A DNA stretch of 64,000 nucleotides from an uncultured Desulfospira sp. GTDB taxonomy: Bacteria; Desulfobacterota; Desulfobacteria; Desulfobacterales; Desulfobacteraceae. Under the pieces are notes generated by a model. That model was not told the origin of the DNA, made no database searches, and saw only the letters and a program-made list of their open reading frames with translations. Numbering within the stretch: the stretch's first letter is position 1; each line of letters starts with the position of its first letter. Of this stretch, positions 27,823 through 37,351 are shown piece by piece. A program made the translations under genes and the position numbers. Location: positions 1,664,001 through 1,728,000 of the forward strand of contig OY760175.1 in assembly GCA_963663165.1 (NCBI GenBank), read 5' to 3'.

Positions 27823-29094
27823 TCATCGCCCATGGGTACCCGTGGCTTTGCCCGCTTTTTCCCAGGCCTTTTCCATGGCCGCAATCAACGGCAGTTTATC
27901 ACCGCTAAGAAAGCGCACCATGGCCCCGCCGGCGGTGCAGATGTAATCAATCTTTGAAAGATCAGTGAACCGGGATGCGGCACTCACACTGTCTCCGCCG
28001 CCAATAATACTGTAACCGGGCGCATCGGCAATGGCTCGCCACAGCTGCCTTGTGCCGGCGGCCCATTTGTCATCTTCAAAAGCGCCGGCAGGGCCGTTGA
28101 CAAAAACGGTGCCGGCCGTTGCAATGACCTGCCGGTATCGGTCAATGGTCCCGCTGCCGATATCCGGAAACAATACCGGCGGCAATGCCGCGGCAACGCC
28201 CGTTTCAGCCCGGCCTCCGTTGCCGTCATCGTATGCCAGGTCCTCAGGGAAGCGGATTTTCCCGGGGTAAGCGTTCAGATACTGCCTGGCCGGCCGGATA
28301 AACAGATCCAGGCTGCGCTTTTCTAAAAAGTCCTTGACGGCAGGGCCTAAATCTATGCCATGGGCCATGAGAAACACCAGGCCCGTGACACCGGCGGTCA
28401 GGATCATGTCCGCACTGCCGTTGGACAGGACCTGTTCCATCATTCCAAAGGCATCGGAAATCTTAGCCCCGCCAAGCAGAAAGACCGTCGGCCTGGCAGG
28501 CCTTTCCATCAGCGAGGACAGCACGCTGACCTCTTCAAAAAAGAGCCGGCCGGCCGCCGAGGGCAGCACCTCCTGAAAGGCCACCATACTCGGGGCATTC
28601 CGGTGGGCCGCCGCAAACGCGTCATTGACATAACAGTCAAACAATGGCGAAAGGCTGCGGACAATCCAGGTGCCGGCCATTTCTCCGGCTGTCAGGGGGA
28701 CATTGTTTTCAAAGGTGCTGACCTCTTCGGTCAGATACCGCAGGTTTCCTAAAATTACCAGGTCCCCGGGACCAAGTGCGGCCACGGCTTCTCTGGCAGC
28801 CGGCCCGCACACATCGTCGATATAGCCGACATGCCGCCCCAATAATCGGGTCAGGCGCGCCGCATGTTCAGCTAAGGGAATCAGGTTCTGATAGTCCAGG
28901 GTATCTCCCTGGTGGGCAATGATGGCGACGGCCGCCCCCTGGCCGATAAGGTATGCCAGGGTGGGCAGGCTTTTTTTAAGTCGGTTGTCATTGACAATGG
29001 TTTTGGTCTCAGGCTCCAGGGGAGAATTGATGTCAAGGCGGACCAGGACCTTTTTTTGGTACACATCAAGTTGTTTCAGGCTTAAAATTTTCAT
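27823..29094 (-). CDS. pgk: Phosphoglycerate kinase family protein (archaeal-like, variant substrate site)
   Basis: VRLDINSP, AHQGD, GNLRY, VNDAFAAAHR, LGGAKISD, NGPAGAFE, GGGDS, TAGGA. Confidence 0.88.
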   Translation of the reverse strand: MKILSLKQLDVYQKKVLVRLDINSPLEPETKTIVNDNRLKKSLPTLAYLIGQGAAVAIIAHQGDTLDYQNLIPLAEHAARLTRLLGRHVGYIDDVCGPAAREAVAALGPGDLVILGNLRYLTEEVSTFENNVPLTAGEMAGTWIVRSLSPLFDCYVNDAFAAAHRNAPSMVAFQEVLPSAAGRLFFEEVSVLSSLMERPARPTVFLLGGAKISDAFGMMEQVLSNGSADMILTAGVTGLVFLMAHGIDLGPAVKDFLEKRSLDLFIRPARQYLNAYPGKIRFPEDLAYDDGNGGRAETGVAAALPPVLFPDIGSGTIDRYRQVIATAGTVFVNGPAGAFEDDKWAAGTRQLWRAIADAPGYSIIGGGDSVSAASRFTDLSKIDYICTAGGAMVRFLSGDKLPLIAAMEKAWEKAGKATGTHGR

Positions 29095-29240
29095 GTCAGT
29101 TCCATGCCCGCAGGGCAATCATATGTGACCTTGCTACTGTTTAACTTTACCCAATGCCATGTCAGTGCGCAGCACGGACACGCTGTCCTGCTCAACTCCA
29201 AAAGTTTAAAATTTTGTTAAGCTTATTTTGGGGGAAATAA

Positions 29241-29288
29241 TATCTCCAATTAAGCAGGGAGACCGGAAACCGGAGACAGCGGACCGGA
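29241..29288 (+). repeat. ATCTCCAAT end motif followed by GAGACCG-type heptamers
   Basis: TATCTCCAATT...GGAGACCGGAAACCGGAGACAGCGGACCGGA. Confidence 0.5.
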
Positions 29289-29407
29289 TAGCAAATTCGT
29301 CGGATTGGCATCTTGCTCTGAATAGTTTGAGCAAGGGCAAGAAAACCAACCTTGTTGAGCGGGCCAAGCCCACAATTTATAAAACCAGGGGGTTAAAGAA
29401 GCATAAA

Positions 29408-30892
29408 TCAACCTTTTAATATGTCATACCAGGGTTTTTCAACTTCCCCGGTGGTGTCGATATAGATATGTTTGGTCAGGGTGTACTCTTCCAGAACCAT
29501 TTTGGACAGGTCCTTGCCCCAGCCCGATTCCTTGCACCCGCCCCATGGGGTATCGCAAAAAACAATCAGGTGCTCATTGATCCAGACGGTGCCGGCCTTG
29601 ATCTGCCCGGCCAGCCGGATGGCCGTTGCCGTATTTTTGCTCCAGACCGATGCCGACAACCCAAACGGTGTATCGTTCACCATGTTTACGGCATCTTGGG
29701 TCTCTTTGAACTTACAAAGCCCGGCCACAGGCCCGAAGATTTCCTCTCGCATAAACGGGGCGTTGTGGTCACAGTCTTTGAATATGGTGGGGGCCACAAA
29801 AAATCCGTCCTGGGTCTGTTCGGTTGCCGGGCGTTCTCCGCCCAACAGCAATGTGGCCCCGCTTTGTCTGGCATTTTCAATATAGCCTTCGACTTTATCC
29901 CTGTGGGCCTCATAAGCCACAGGCCCGATAACGGTTTCCATTTTTTCAGGATCACCCATCACCAGTTTTTTGGCCTCATCCGCAAATTTCTGGGCAAAGG
30001 ACTCATAAACGGATTCATGAATGTAAAACCGGCTGGCAGCGGCGCACACCTGTCCTGAATTGAAAAAAGCCCCAAAAACAGCCCCCTGAACCGCGGCATC
30101 CACATCAGCATCCGCCAGGACCACAAATGCGTTTTTCCCGCCCAGTTCCAGCCCGACCGGTTTGACATTATCGGCCGCCAGAGCCATGATCCGTTTTCCC
30201 GTGGACGTGTCTCCGGTAAAACCGATTTTGGCCACTTTGGGGTGTTTCACCAGGGCTTCGCCGATTTTGGCCCCGGGTCCGGGGATCACATTCACCACCC
30301 CGGCAGGGGCCCCGGCCTCGGTAAAGATCTCAGCCAGCTTCAAGGTGGTCAGCGGCGCAATGGACGGCGGTTTGATCACGCAGGTATTCCCGGTGACCAG
30401 GGCCGCACCAAGCTTCCAGACCACCATCAGGGCCGGAAAATTCCAGGGGGTAATCAGACCGACCACCCCTAAGGGCTCGTGAACCGTGGCGGACAGGCAC
30501 CAGGGACCCACGGGCAGGGTATCCCCGGTCATGGCCCGGGCCACACCGGCAAAATATTCAAGCTGCTCCGCACAAAGGGGCACATCAAAGTTCATGGTCT
30601 TGCGCAAGGGAGAGCCGTGCTCCATGGTCTCAAGCCTGGCCAGTTCCTCTTGTTTTTCCATGATCAGTTCAGAGGCTTTGAGCAATACTTTTGACCGGTC
30701 CGCCACCGGCGTGTCTGCCCATGCCGTGCCGCTCTTTTGAGCCGCGTCAACCGCCTTGTTCAAATCATCAATGCCGCAGCAGGCGACCCGGGCAACAACC
30801 TTCCCGTTGGCCGGATTGATAACGGGCGTCTTTTGTCCGTCCGTTGCGTCCACCCAGCAGCCGTTGATAAATGCCTTGTAATATTCCGTCAT
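29408..30892 (-). CDS. NAD(P)-dependent aldehyde dehydrogenase
   Basis: ITPWNFP, FTGDTSTG, LELGGKN, catalytic GQVC, EEIFGPV. Confidence 0.93.
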   Translation of the reverse strand: MTEYYKAFINGCWVDATDGQKTPVINPANGKVVARVACCGIDDLNKAVDAAQKSGTAWADTPVADRSKVLLKASELIMEKQEELARLETMEHGSPLRKTMNFDVPLCAEQLEYFAGVARAMTGDTLPVGPWCLSATVHEPLGVVGLITPWNFPALMVVWKLGAALVTGNTCVIKPPSIAPLTTLKLAEIFTEAGAPAGVVNVIPGPGAKIGEALVKHPKVAKIGFTGDTSTGKRIMALAADNVKPVGLELGGKNAFVVLADADVDAAVQGAVFGAFFNSGQVCAAASRFYIHESVYESFAQKFADEAKKLVMGDPEKMETVIGPVAYEAHRDKVEGYIENARQSGATLLLGGERPATEQTQDGFFVAPTIFKDCDHNAPFMREEIFGPVAGLCKFKETQDAVNMVNDTPFGLSASVWSKNTATAIRLAGQIKAGTVWINEHLIVFCDTPWGGCKESGWGKDLSKMVLEEYTLTKHIYIDTTGEVEKPWYDILKG

Positions 30893-30927
30893 TGTCTCTT
30901 CCTTCCTTTAGGGTATGGCCGTTGTAT

Positions 30928-31953
30928 TTATCGTGGGCAAAGGTTCAGGTACTGGTTGGTTTTGGCAAGCCCGTCCTCTCTTATGGTCTGCATTTTTGTG
31001 GCAGCCCGGACCGCATCAATGTTTTCCGGAATCACCACCGCTTCCTGGGGAATGTTGATGGCGAACATGATGTCGGCACCGGATTTAACCACACTTTCCT
31101 CAAAGACCGCAATTTCATACATATCCCCCCGGGGATTGCCCAGATCCCGGGCATATTTAAACAAACTGGCATTGCCCAAAAAGCCGTCTTCAATGCGCAC
31201 CACCCGGATCCGGGAATGGGCCCGGAAAATCTCTATCAATTTTTCTTTTGAGATATCCTGTCTGGTGGTGACCACGGGAACAATAATATGGCCGCATGTC
31301 ACCGGGGTATGGACCAGAATACCGGTGGCATCCACATGGGGCATGATGGTTTTCAGGTCCACGGCCTGATGATTGGGCGCCGGATCAACCTTCAGGGCAT
31401 CGGTCAGCCCGCGGTGGTAGTCGCCGGGATCAGACACCCGCCGGATAATGGTGATGGCGGTCTTAACGACCCCGGCTTCCCGGTCAATGGCGTCAATGGC
31501 CCGGATCAGGCCCGTGGTGTTGCAGCTGGTCAGTTTGAGATAATCCGCGCCCACGCCTTTTTCGTAATTGGCATACCCATGGAAAAAAATGTCCGCCACC
31601 TCGTTTTTCTCTCCGCCCTGAAACACGGCTTTGGTGTTGTACTGTTGATACACGGTTTTGTTTTTGGCCCCGATACCGGCGCTGGCGGCGTCCAGCATGA
31701 TGTCGGCCTCCTGAACCAGCGCCTCAAGGGTGCCGCTGACCGTGACGCCGGTCCGGGTCAGCAGGTCTATGTTTTCAGGTTGCGCGGTAAAAAATTTATA
31801 GGGCATGCCCCGTTCGGCAAGGGCGCGCACCGGCAGGGTCGGCGCGATATCCGCCACGCCGATAAGTTCCATGTCCTCCTGACGGCTGACACCGTCAGCC
31901 AGACGCTGTCCGATGACGCCGTAACCGGCGACACCGACTTTTACTTTGGTCAT
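30928..31953 (-). CDS. Type II (archaeal-type) glyceraldehyde-3-phosphate dehydrogenase family protein
   Basis: GYGVIGQRLAD, FQGGEK, SCNTTGL, IRRVSDP, RGDMYE, QEAVVIPENIDAVRA. Confidence 0.9.
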   Translation of the reverse strand: MTKVKVGVAGYGVIGQRLADGVSRQEDMELIGVADIAPTLPVRALAERGMPYKFFTAQPENIDLLTRTGVTVSGTLEALVQEADIMLDAASAGIGAKNKTVYQQYNTKAVFQGGEKNEVADIFFHGYANYEKGVGADYLKLTSCNTTGLIRAIDAIDREAGVVKTAITIIRRVSDPGDYHRGLTDALKVDPAPNHQAVDLKTIMPHVDATGILVHTPVTCGHIIVPVVTTRQDISKEKLIEIFRAHSRIRVVRIEDGFLGNASLFKYARDLGNPRGDMYEIAVFEESVVKSGADIMFAINIPQEAVVIPENIDAVRAATKMQTIREDGLAKTNQYLNLCPR

Positions 31954-32049
31954 GTTATCTGTCTCCTGAATTTTTTTTGGTTCAGGCTCAATGGGTGAAA
32001 TGAGCCCTGGTTTGTACGATGCTGAAAATTAACCCGGATAATTTAAAGA

Positions 32050-33069
32050 TTAGGCCGCCTGGAACCCCGGCCTTTCAAGATCAATCTTCACCTTTAACGG
32101 CCCCTTTTCTCCCATGGTTTTGCCGATGGCATTGGCAATGCCCTGGGGGTTGGGCAGAACCACATGCTCCAGGGGGCCTGCGGGAACCGGCAGATTCGCG
32201 GCCGCCACCCGCTCAACCGGCGCCTTAAGGCTGCCCCATGCCTGTTCCATGATCAGCATGGAAAGTTCTCCGGTAACACCGCAGCGAAGGTTGTCTTCAT
32301 CCACAATGACCACCCGGCCCGTTTTGTTGACCGATGCCATGATGGTATCCATATCCAGGGGTTCAAGGGTTCTCAGGTCAATGACCTCAACGCTGATCCG
32401 GTCTTTCAGCGCCTGGGCCACGGCCAGGGCCATGTGCACCATATAGGAGGTGCAAAGCACCGTGACCTGTTCTCCGGGCATTTTGATATCGGCCTTGCCA
32501 AAGGCGATGGTGTACTCACCCTCGGGCACCTCGCCGGTGGTGTTCAGCAGCTGTTTATGGAACAGATACACCACCGGATTGTTGTCCCGTATGGCGGTTT
32601 TAAGCAGTCCCTTGGCATCATAAGGGGTTGAGGGAAGCGCTATTTTCAGCCCGGGCCGGTGCCATAAAAATCCTGACGGCACCTGGGAGTGCATCGGCCC
32701 GCCCCCGCTGTAACCGCCCACAGCCGCTTTAATGACCATGGGCACTCGGGTCCGGCCGCCGTTTGAAAACCGGTGGGTGGCGGCCTGATTCAGGATTTCA
32801 TCGGTGGCGCAGAACATGAAATCGGCGTACATGATATCCGCGATGGGCCGGTATCCGGCCAGTGCCGCCCCGACAGCGGCGCCCACAATAAAATTTTCGC
32901 TGATGGTGGTGTCCCGGATGCGCTCTTTGCCGAATTTTTCCACCAGCCCCTGATGGGTATTCCAGTTGTCCCGGCACATATTCTCGCCCAGAATAAACAC
33001 CTTCTCATCTCTTGCCATTTCTTCGGTAAAGGCTTCGTTGATGGCCTCTCTATAGGTGATGTCTCTCAT
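32050..33069 (-). CDS. 2-oxoacid/acetoin dehydrogenase E1 beta-like subunit
   Basis: ITYREAI, RIRDTTISENFIVGAAVGAA, PSTPYDAKGLL, EVIDLRTLEPLD; AGGAG upstream of ATG 33069. Confidence 0.9.
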   Translation of the reverse strand: MRDITYREAINEAFTEEMARDEKVFILGENMCRDNWNTHQGLVEKFGKERIRDTTISENFIVGAAVGAALAGYRPIADIMYADFMFCATDEILNQAATHRFSNGGRTRVPMVIKAAVGGYSGGGPMHSQVPSGFLWHRPGLKIALPSTPYDAKGLLKTAIRDNNPVVYLFHKQLLNTTGEVPEGEYTIAFGKADIKMPGEQVTVLCTSYMVHMALAVAQALKDRISVEVIDLRTLEPLDMDTIMASVNKTGRVVIVDEDNLRCGVTGELSMLIMEQAWGSLKAPVERVAAANLPVPAGPLEHVVLPNPQGIANAIGKTMGEKGPLKVKIDLERPGFQAA

Positions 33070-33136
33070 ATCGTTCACGGTTCTCCTAAATTGCTCGGTT
33101 AAAACATTTGTTTTCAGATAATGCGGCAAGGGGGGA

Positions 33137-34117
33137 TTATTCAGCGTACAATGCGTCTTCTAAGATGCCCGGTTCGGCAACAGGGCTTTCATTGGCGAAT
33201 TTTTCCGCCGCCTGAATTTCCGCGGCCGCCTCATTATATATACGCTCAATGCCGGCCTGATCCAGAATGCCTTCTTTTTTGAGCGCTTCTTGAAACAGTT
33301 TAACAGGGTCCCTTTGTTTCCAGTGCGCCACCTCTTCTTCACTGCGCATGCCGTCCATGCAAAGGTCCGGGGCACCTTCAACCTGGGCGTTATACCGGCA
33401 GGTTTTCAATTCGATGAAACTTGGGCCCTCACCCTTTCGGGCCCTGTCTATAGCCGTCTTTGCGGCGTTGTGTACGGCGCATACATCCTGGCCGTCCACA
33501 ATTTCAGACGGGATATTGTACCCGAAGGCCCAGTCGGCAATGTTTTCTTTGGGATAAGCCACATCCACGGGCACCCACATGCTCATGCCGTTGTTGGAGC
33601 AGATCCAGATCAGCGGCAGCTTCCAGTTGGCGCTCATCAGCATGGCCGTATGGACACTGCCCTCGCCAATGGCGCCGTCACCGATAAAGCAGGCCACCAC
33701 CTGATTTTTATTGGCCAGTTTAGCGGCAAGGGCCACACCGCCGGCCAGGGTGGCCTCTCCGCCCACAGTGCCGCCCATGCCGAATATGCCTTTATCCGGG
33801 CTGCACGTGTTGATAAACCCGATGCCCCGGCATGAGCCGGTTTCTTTTCCATAATGTTCGGCAACAATTTGTCTTGCCGGCACCCCTTTGGACAACACCT
33901 CGCAAATGCCGTGGCCCCGGTGGGTGTACCAGACATAATCGTCCTCATTTAAAAAGGTGCAGACCCCGACACCGATGGCTTCCTGGCCCTGCTGGCTGTG
34001 GTAGAACGGGCCGGCCAGCTTTTTGGTGAAATAGGCGTCCACAAGGAATTCATCCAGGGCCCTGACCCGGACCATGTTGGTATAAAGTTCTAATTTCTGT
34101 TTTTTGTCTAATCCCAT
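33137..34117 (-). CDS. ThDP-dependent dehydrogenase E1 alpha-like subunit
   Basis: HSQQGQEA, THRGHG, ThDP motif GDGA...NN, VDGQD, GPSFIE. Confidence 0.9.
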   Translation of the reverse strand: MGLDKKQKLELYTNMVRVRALDEFLVDAYFTKKLAGPFYHSQQGQEAIGVGVCTFLNEDDYVWYTHRGHGICEVLSKGVPARQIVAEHYGKETGSCRGIGFINTCSPDKGIFGMGGTVGGEATLAGGVALAAKLANKNQVVACFIGDGAIGEGSVHTAMLMSANWKLPLIWICSNNGMSMWVPVDVAYPKENIADWAFGYNIPSEIVDGQDVCAVHNAAKTAIDRARKGEGPSFIELKTCRYNAQVEGAPDLCMDGMRSEEEVAHWKQRDPVKLFQEALKKEGILDQAGIERIYNEAAAEIQAAEKFANESPVAEPGILEDALYAE

Positions 34118-34132
34118 AACATTGTCCTTCTT

Positions 34133-35020
34133 TTATGATTCTATGGTTGTGTTGGACATTAACTCCAGTAACTTGACGATACCCGAATGATCCCAGTCCT
34201 TGCCGCCATCCTGGGCCAAAGCCGCATTCCACAGCTGGGACATCATGGATACCCCGGGCAGATAAAGGTTCATTTTCAACGCCGCATCAAGGGCGATCCG
34301 GGTATCTTTTTGGTGAATGCCGACCCTGGCACCGGGGGTGAACTGCCGCCGGGTCATTCGCCGGCCGTGAACCTCCAGGACCCGGCTCTGGGCAAACCCG
34401 CCCATGAGGGCGGCGCGCACTTTTTCAGGATCAACCCCTGACCGGGAGGCCATTAACAGGGCTTCGGCAACCGCCTCAATGGACAGGGCCACGATCATCT
34501 GGTTGGCGCATTTGGCAATCTGTCCGGCACCGCTGTCCCCCACATGGCTGATATTCCGGCCCATGGCCTTAAATACGGGCAGCATCCGGTTAAAGGCGTC
34601 CTCATTGCCGCCGGCCATGATGGACAGCGTGGCCTCCTGAGCGCCGACATCGCCGCCGCTGACCGGGGCATCCAGTAAAAACGCCCCTTTTCTTCGAAAC
34701 AGCGGCGCCATTTTCCGGGGCAGATCCGGCGACGTGGTGCTCATATCAATGGCCACGGCCTCCGGTTCTATCCCTTCCAGAATACCGTTTTCCCCAAGGC
34801 AGACCGACTCGACAACCCGGTCATCGGGCAGTATCGTAATGACGGCGTCGGCTGATTGCGCCGCATCAGCGGGCGAATCCGCTATTTGGGCCCCTGATTT
34901 TGCCAATATTTGAGACGGCTCAGGGCTTCGGTTGAACACCTTGACGGAAAACCCTTTTTGGATAAGGTTTTTCGCCATGGGCCGCCCCATAATGCCCAGG
35001 CCGATAAATCCGATTTTCAA
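34133..35020 (-). CDS. beta-hydroxyacid dehydrogenase (2-hydroxy-3-oxopropionate reductase-like)
   Basis: TTG start after AAGGGGG; IGFIGLGIMG, DMSTTSP, LDAPVSGG, AKCANQ, GGFAQSRVLEVHG. Confidence 0.88.
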   Translation of the reverse strand: MKIGFIGLGIMGRPMAKNLIQKGFSVKVFNRSPEPSQILAKSGAQIADSPADAAQSADAVITILPDDRVVESVCLGENGILEGIEPEAVAIDMSTTSPDLPRKMAPLFRRKGAFLLDAPVSGGDVGAQEATLSIMAGGNEDAFNRMLPVFKAMGRNISHVGDSGAGQIAKCANQMIVALSIEAVAEALLMASRSGVDPEKVRAALMGGFAQSRVLEVHGRRMTRRQFTPGARVGIHQKDTRIALDAALKMNLYLPGVSMMSQLWNAALAQDGGKDWDHSGIVKLLELMSNTTIES

Positions 35021-35033
35021 TTGATCCCCCTTT

Positions 35034-35480
35034 TTACGGCTCATCATATTGTGCCAGTTCAACGATTAACTGTTCGGGCCCCAAGATATAGGTCGCCCAG
35101 ACACCCGGCCGCAAATTCTGGGGGGCTGTGGTAAACCTGGCCCCGCTGTTGAGCATCTGCCCGTAGGCCTTATCAATATCGGCCACCTTAAGGCAGATAT
35201 GGGTAAAACCGTGGTCGCACTGTCTGAACGCGGCCCGGGGCTCCCCCTCAGGGTGCTTAAATTTTAACAGCTCAATATGGACCCCGTAGCCTTTAAGGAG
35301 AACCACATGAGCCTTGACATCTTCCAGTCCGATGACCTTGTCCAAAGGCTCTCCCGAACGGTTCGGATCTTCGATTTCAACTTCAAACCCTAATTTTTCA
35401 CAGAAAAAAGAGACCATTTTTTCCATATCGCCCACAGAGACGGCGACATGGTGAAATGCCGTTACACCCAATGTATTCAT
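35034..35480 (-). CDS. VOC (glyoxalase/epimerase) family protein
   Basis: FHHVAVSV, IELL, THICLKV, IVELAQ metal-ligand pattern. Confidence 0.85.
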   Translation of the reverse strand: MNTLGVTAFHHVAVSVGDMEKMVSFFCEKLGFEVEIEDPNRSGEPLDKVIGLEDVKAHVVLLKGYGVHIELLKFKHPEGEPRAAFRQCDHGFTHICLKVADIDKAYGQMLNSGARFTTAPQNLRPGVWATYILGPEQLIVELAQYDEP

Positions 35481-35493
35481 GAACAACTCCCCT

Positions 35494-36804
35494 TTAACGG
35501 ACCAGTATTTTCGGCAGCCAGAGTGAAAGAATGGGAAACGCCACAAGGATGGTCAGCCGGACAAAATCCGCCAGCAAAAATGGAATGATGCCGATAAACA
35601 GCGTCTTTAAGGGATACTGTTCTTTGATAATCCCGTGCAGCATATAAATGTTGATTCCCATGGGCGGGGTGATCATTCCGATCTCAACCAGCACAATATT
35701 GACAATGCCCCACCAGATGGGCGAATACCCCATGCTGATGATCAGGGGCAGCACAAAGGGCATGGTGATCACCATGGCGCCCACGGTATCGAAAATACTG
35801 CCCAGAATGATATAGACCGCCATCAATATAAACAGGATCATAAAATTGGGCAGACCCGACTGAATGATGGTGTTGGCCAGGGTGTCCGGAAAATGCGTGA
35901 TCACAATATAATAATTGAACACCGCGGATCCCAGCAAAATAACATATATCATGGCGGTGTTGTTGGCCGTGTTGACCAGGGCGCCCCAGAACCTTTCCCA
36001 GGTCATCTGCCCTTTGACCAGGGCCAGCAGAAAAGACAGAATCACCCCCAGGGACGCCGCTTCAGTGACGGTGAACACCCCGCCGTATATCCCGAAGGCA
36101 ATGGTCCCGATCAGGACCACGGCAACCCAGCTTCTGGACAGCATTCTGAACCGTTCTGCCCAGGGCAGGGCTTCTGTGGCCGGGCCAGAGTCCGGATATA
36201 TCTTCACATAAATGGCAATGGCAACAAAATAAAGCAAAATGGTGACAATGGCCGGAATAATGGCGGCCACAAAGAGCTCCACAATAAACTGTTCGGATAA
36301 AACCGCATACATGACCAGGATGACCGAAGGCGGAACCAGTGACCCCAGGGTTCCCCCGCCGCCGATACTGCCGGTGGAAAGGGAGGGGGAGTATCCCCTC
36401 TGGGTCATTTCCGGCAGGGCGATGCGGCCGAAAGTGGCCGTCGTGGCCACGGAAGACCCGCAAACCGCGCCGAACAGGCCGCAGCCGCCCACCGTGGCCA
36501 TGGCCAGGCCGCCGCGCCGGTGGCCTAAGAAAGCGGAGGCGATATTGTACATATCCGTGGAAATACCGCCGGCCACGGCAAAATTGCCCATCAGGACAAA
36601 CAGCGGCACCACGGCCAGATCCATGTTGGCAATATTTCGAACCGCCTCTGTGGCCAGAATGGATGACCCCGTATGGAACGAGGCGGTCATCAGGCTGTAG
36701 CCCACCACGCCGACAACGGCCATGGATATGCCGATGGGCACGTGAAGGGCGATCAGAATGAACATGACTAAAATGGCTAAAATGGCAAGGGTAAACGGGC
36801 TCAT
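35494..36804 (-). CDS. dctM: TRAP transporter large permease
   Basis: VPLFVLMG, GAVCGSSVAT, GTLGSLVPPS, EIGMITPPMGIN. Confidence 0.92.
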   Translation of the reverse strand: MSPFTLAILAILVMFILIALHVPIGISMAVVGVVGYSLMTASFHTGSSILATEAVRNIANMDLAVVPLFVLMGNFAVAGGISTDMYNIASAFLGHRRGGLAMATVGGCGLFGAVCGSSVATTATFGRIALPEMTQRGYSPSLSTGSIGGGGTLGSLVPPSVILVMYAVLSEQFIVELFVAAIIPAIVTILLYFVAIAIYVKIYPDSGPATEALPWAERFRMLSRSWVAVVLIGTIAFGIYGGVFTVTEAASLGVILSFLLALVKGQMTWERFWGALVNTANNTAMIYVILLGSAVFNYYIVITHFPDTLANTIIQSGLPNFMILFILMAVYIILGSIFDTVGAMVITMPFVLPLIISMGYSPIWWGIVNIVLVEIGMITPPMGINIYMLHGIIKEQYPLKTLFIGIIPFLLADFVRLTILVAFPILSLWLPKILVR

Positions 36805-36811
36805 AGACTTC

Positions 36812-37336
36812 TCATGATTGAAGTGGTTTTTGATTTTCTGGTTCAAATTTGACGGCAGCGCCCACGGCGCTGAAAAAACAAACCAGCTCAATGGGAATGC
36901 AAAGGGTAATCAGCACTGCCGCCGCCAGCCACCAGGGGTAAAGAGGGATATGAACGATCCAGGTGCTCTCATGGGTTCCCATGAGCTCCAGGGCATATTT
37001 CCAGAGCTGAACCGTTAAAAATGTAAAAAACACCAGGGAAATAAGGGCACTGAAAGCGTCGAACAGGTGGCGGGTTCTGCCGCCGATGGCGGTCCCCAGC
37101 ACATTGACATTAATATGGGCGCGTTCAACGCTTGTCAGAGGGAAACAAGCGGTCACGATAACAACGACAATCAACTCCGACGCATCATAAATCCCCAGAA
37201 TGGATATTCCGAACACGGCCCTGAGCAACACCGCCCCTACCGTGATAACCGACAGGCAAAGCAATCCGATAAGGCCGATCAGTGACAGCCGTGTCGACCA
37301 CTTTGCGATCTTTTCCTCAATACGTTTCAGTGCCAT
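36812..37336 (-). CDS. dctQ: TRAP transporter small permease
   Basis: Four TMs, HINVN motif; lies between dctP and dctM. Confidence 0.88.
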   Translation of the reverse strand: MALKRIEEKIAKWSTRLSLIGLIGLLCLSVITVGAVLLRAVFGISILGIYDASELIVVVIVTACFPLTSVERAHINVNVLGTAIGGRTRHLFDAFSALISLVFFTFLTVQLWKYALELMGTHESTWIVHIPLYPWWLAAAVLITLCIPIELVCFFSAVGAAVKFEPENQKPLQS

Positions 37337-37351
37337 TATGATCCCTTTGTT

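Noticed and set aside
27546..27908. Plus-strand ORFs 27546-27908 and 27553-27810
   Set aside because: Antisense shadows of the Mo-enzyme remnant and pgk.
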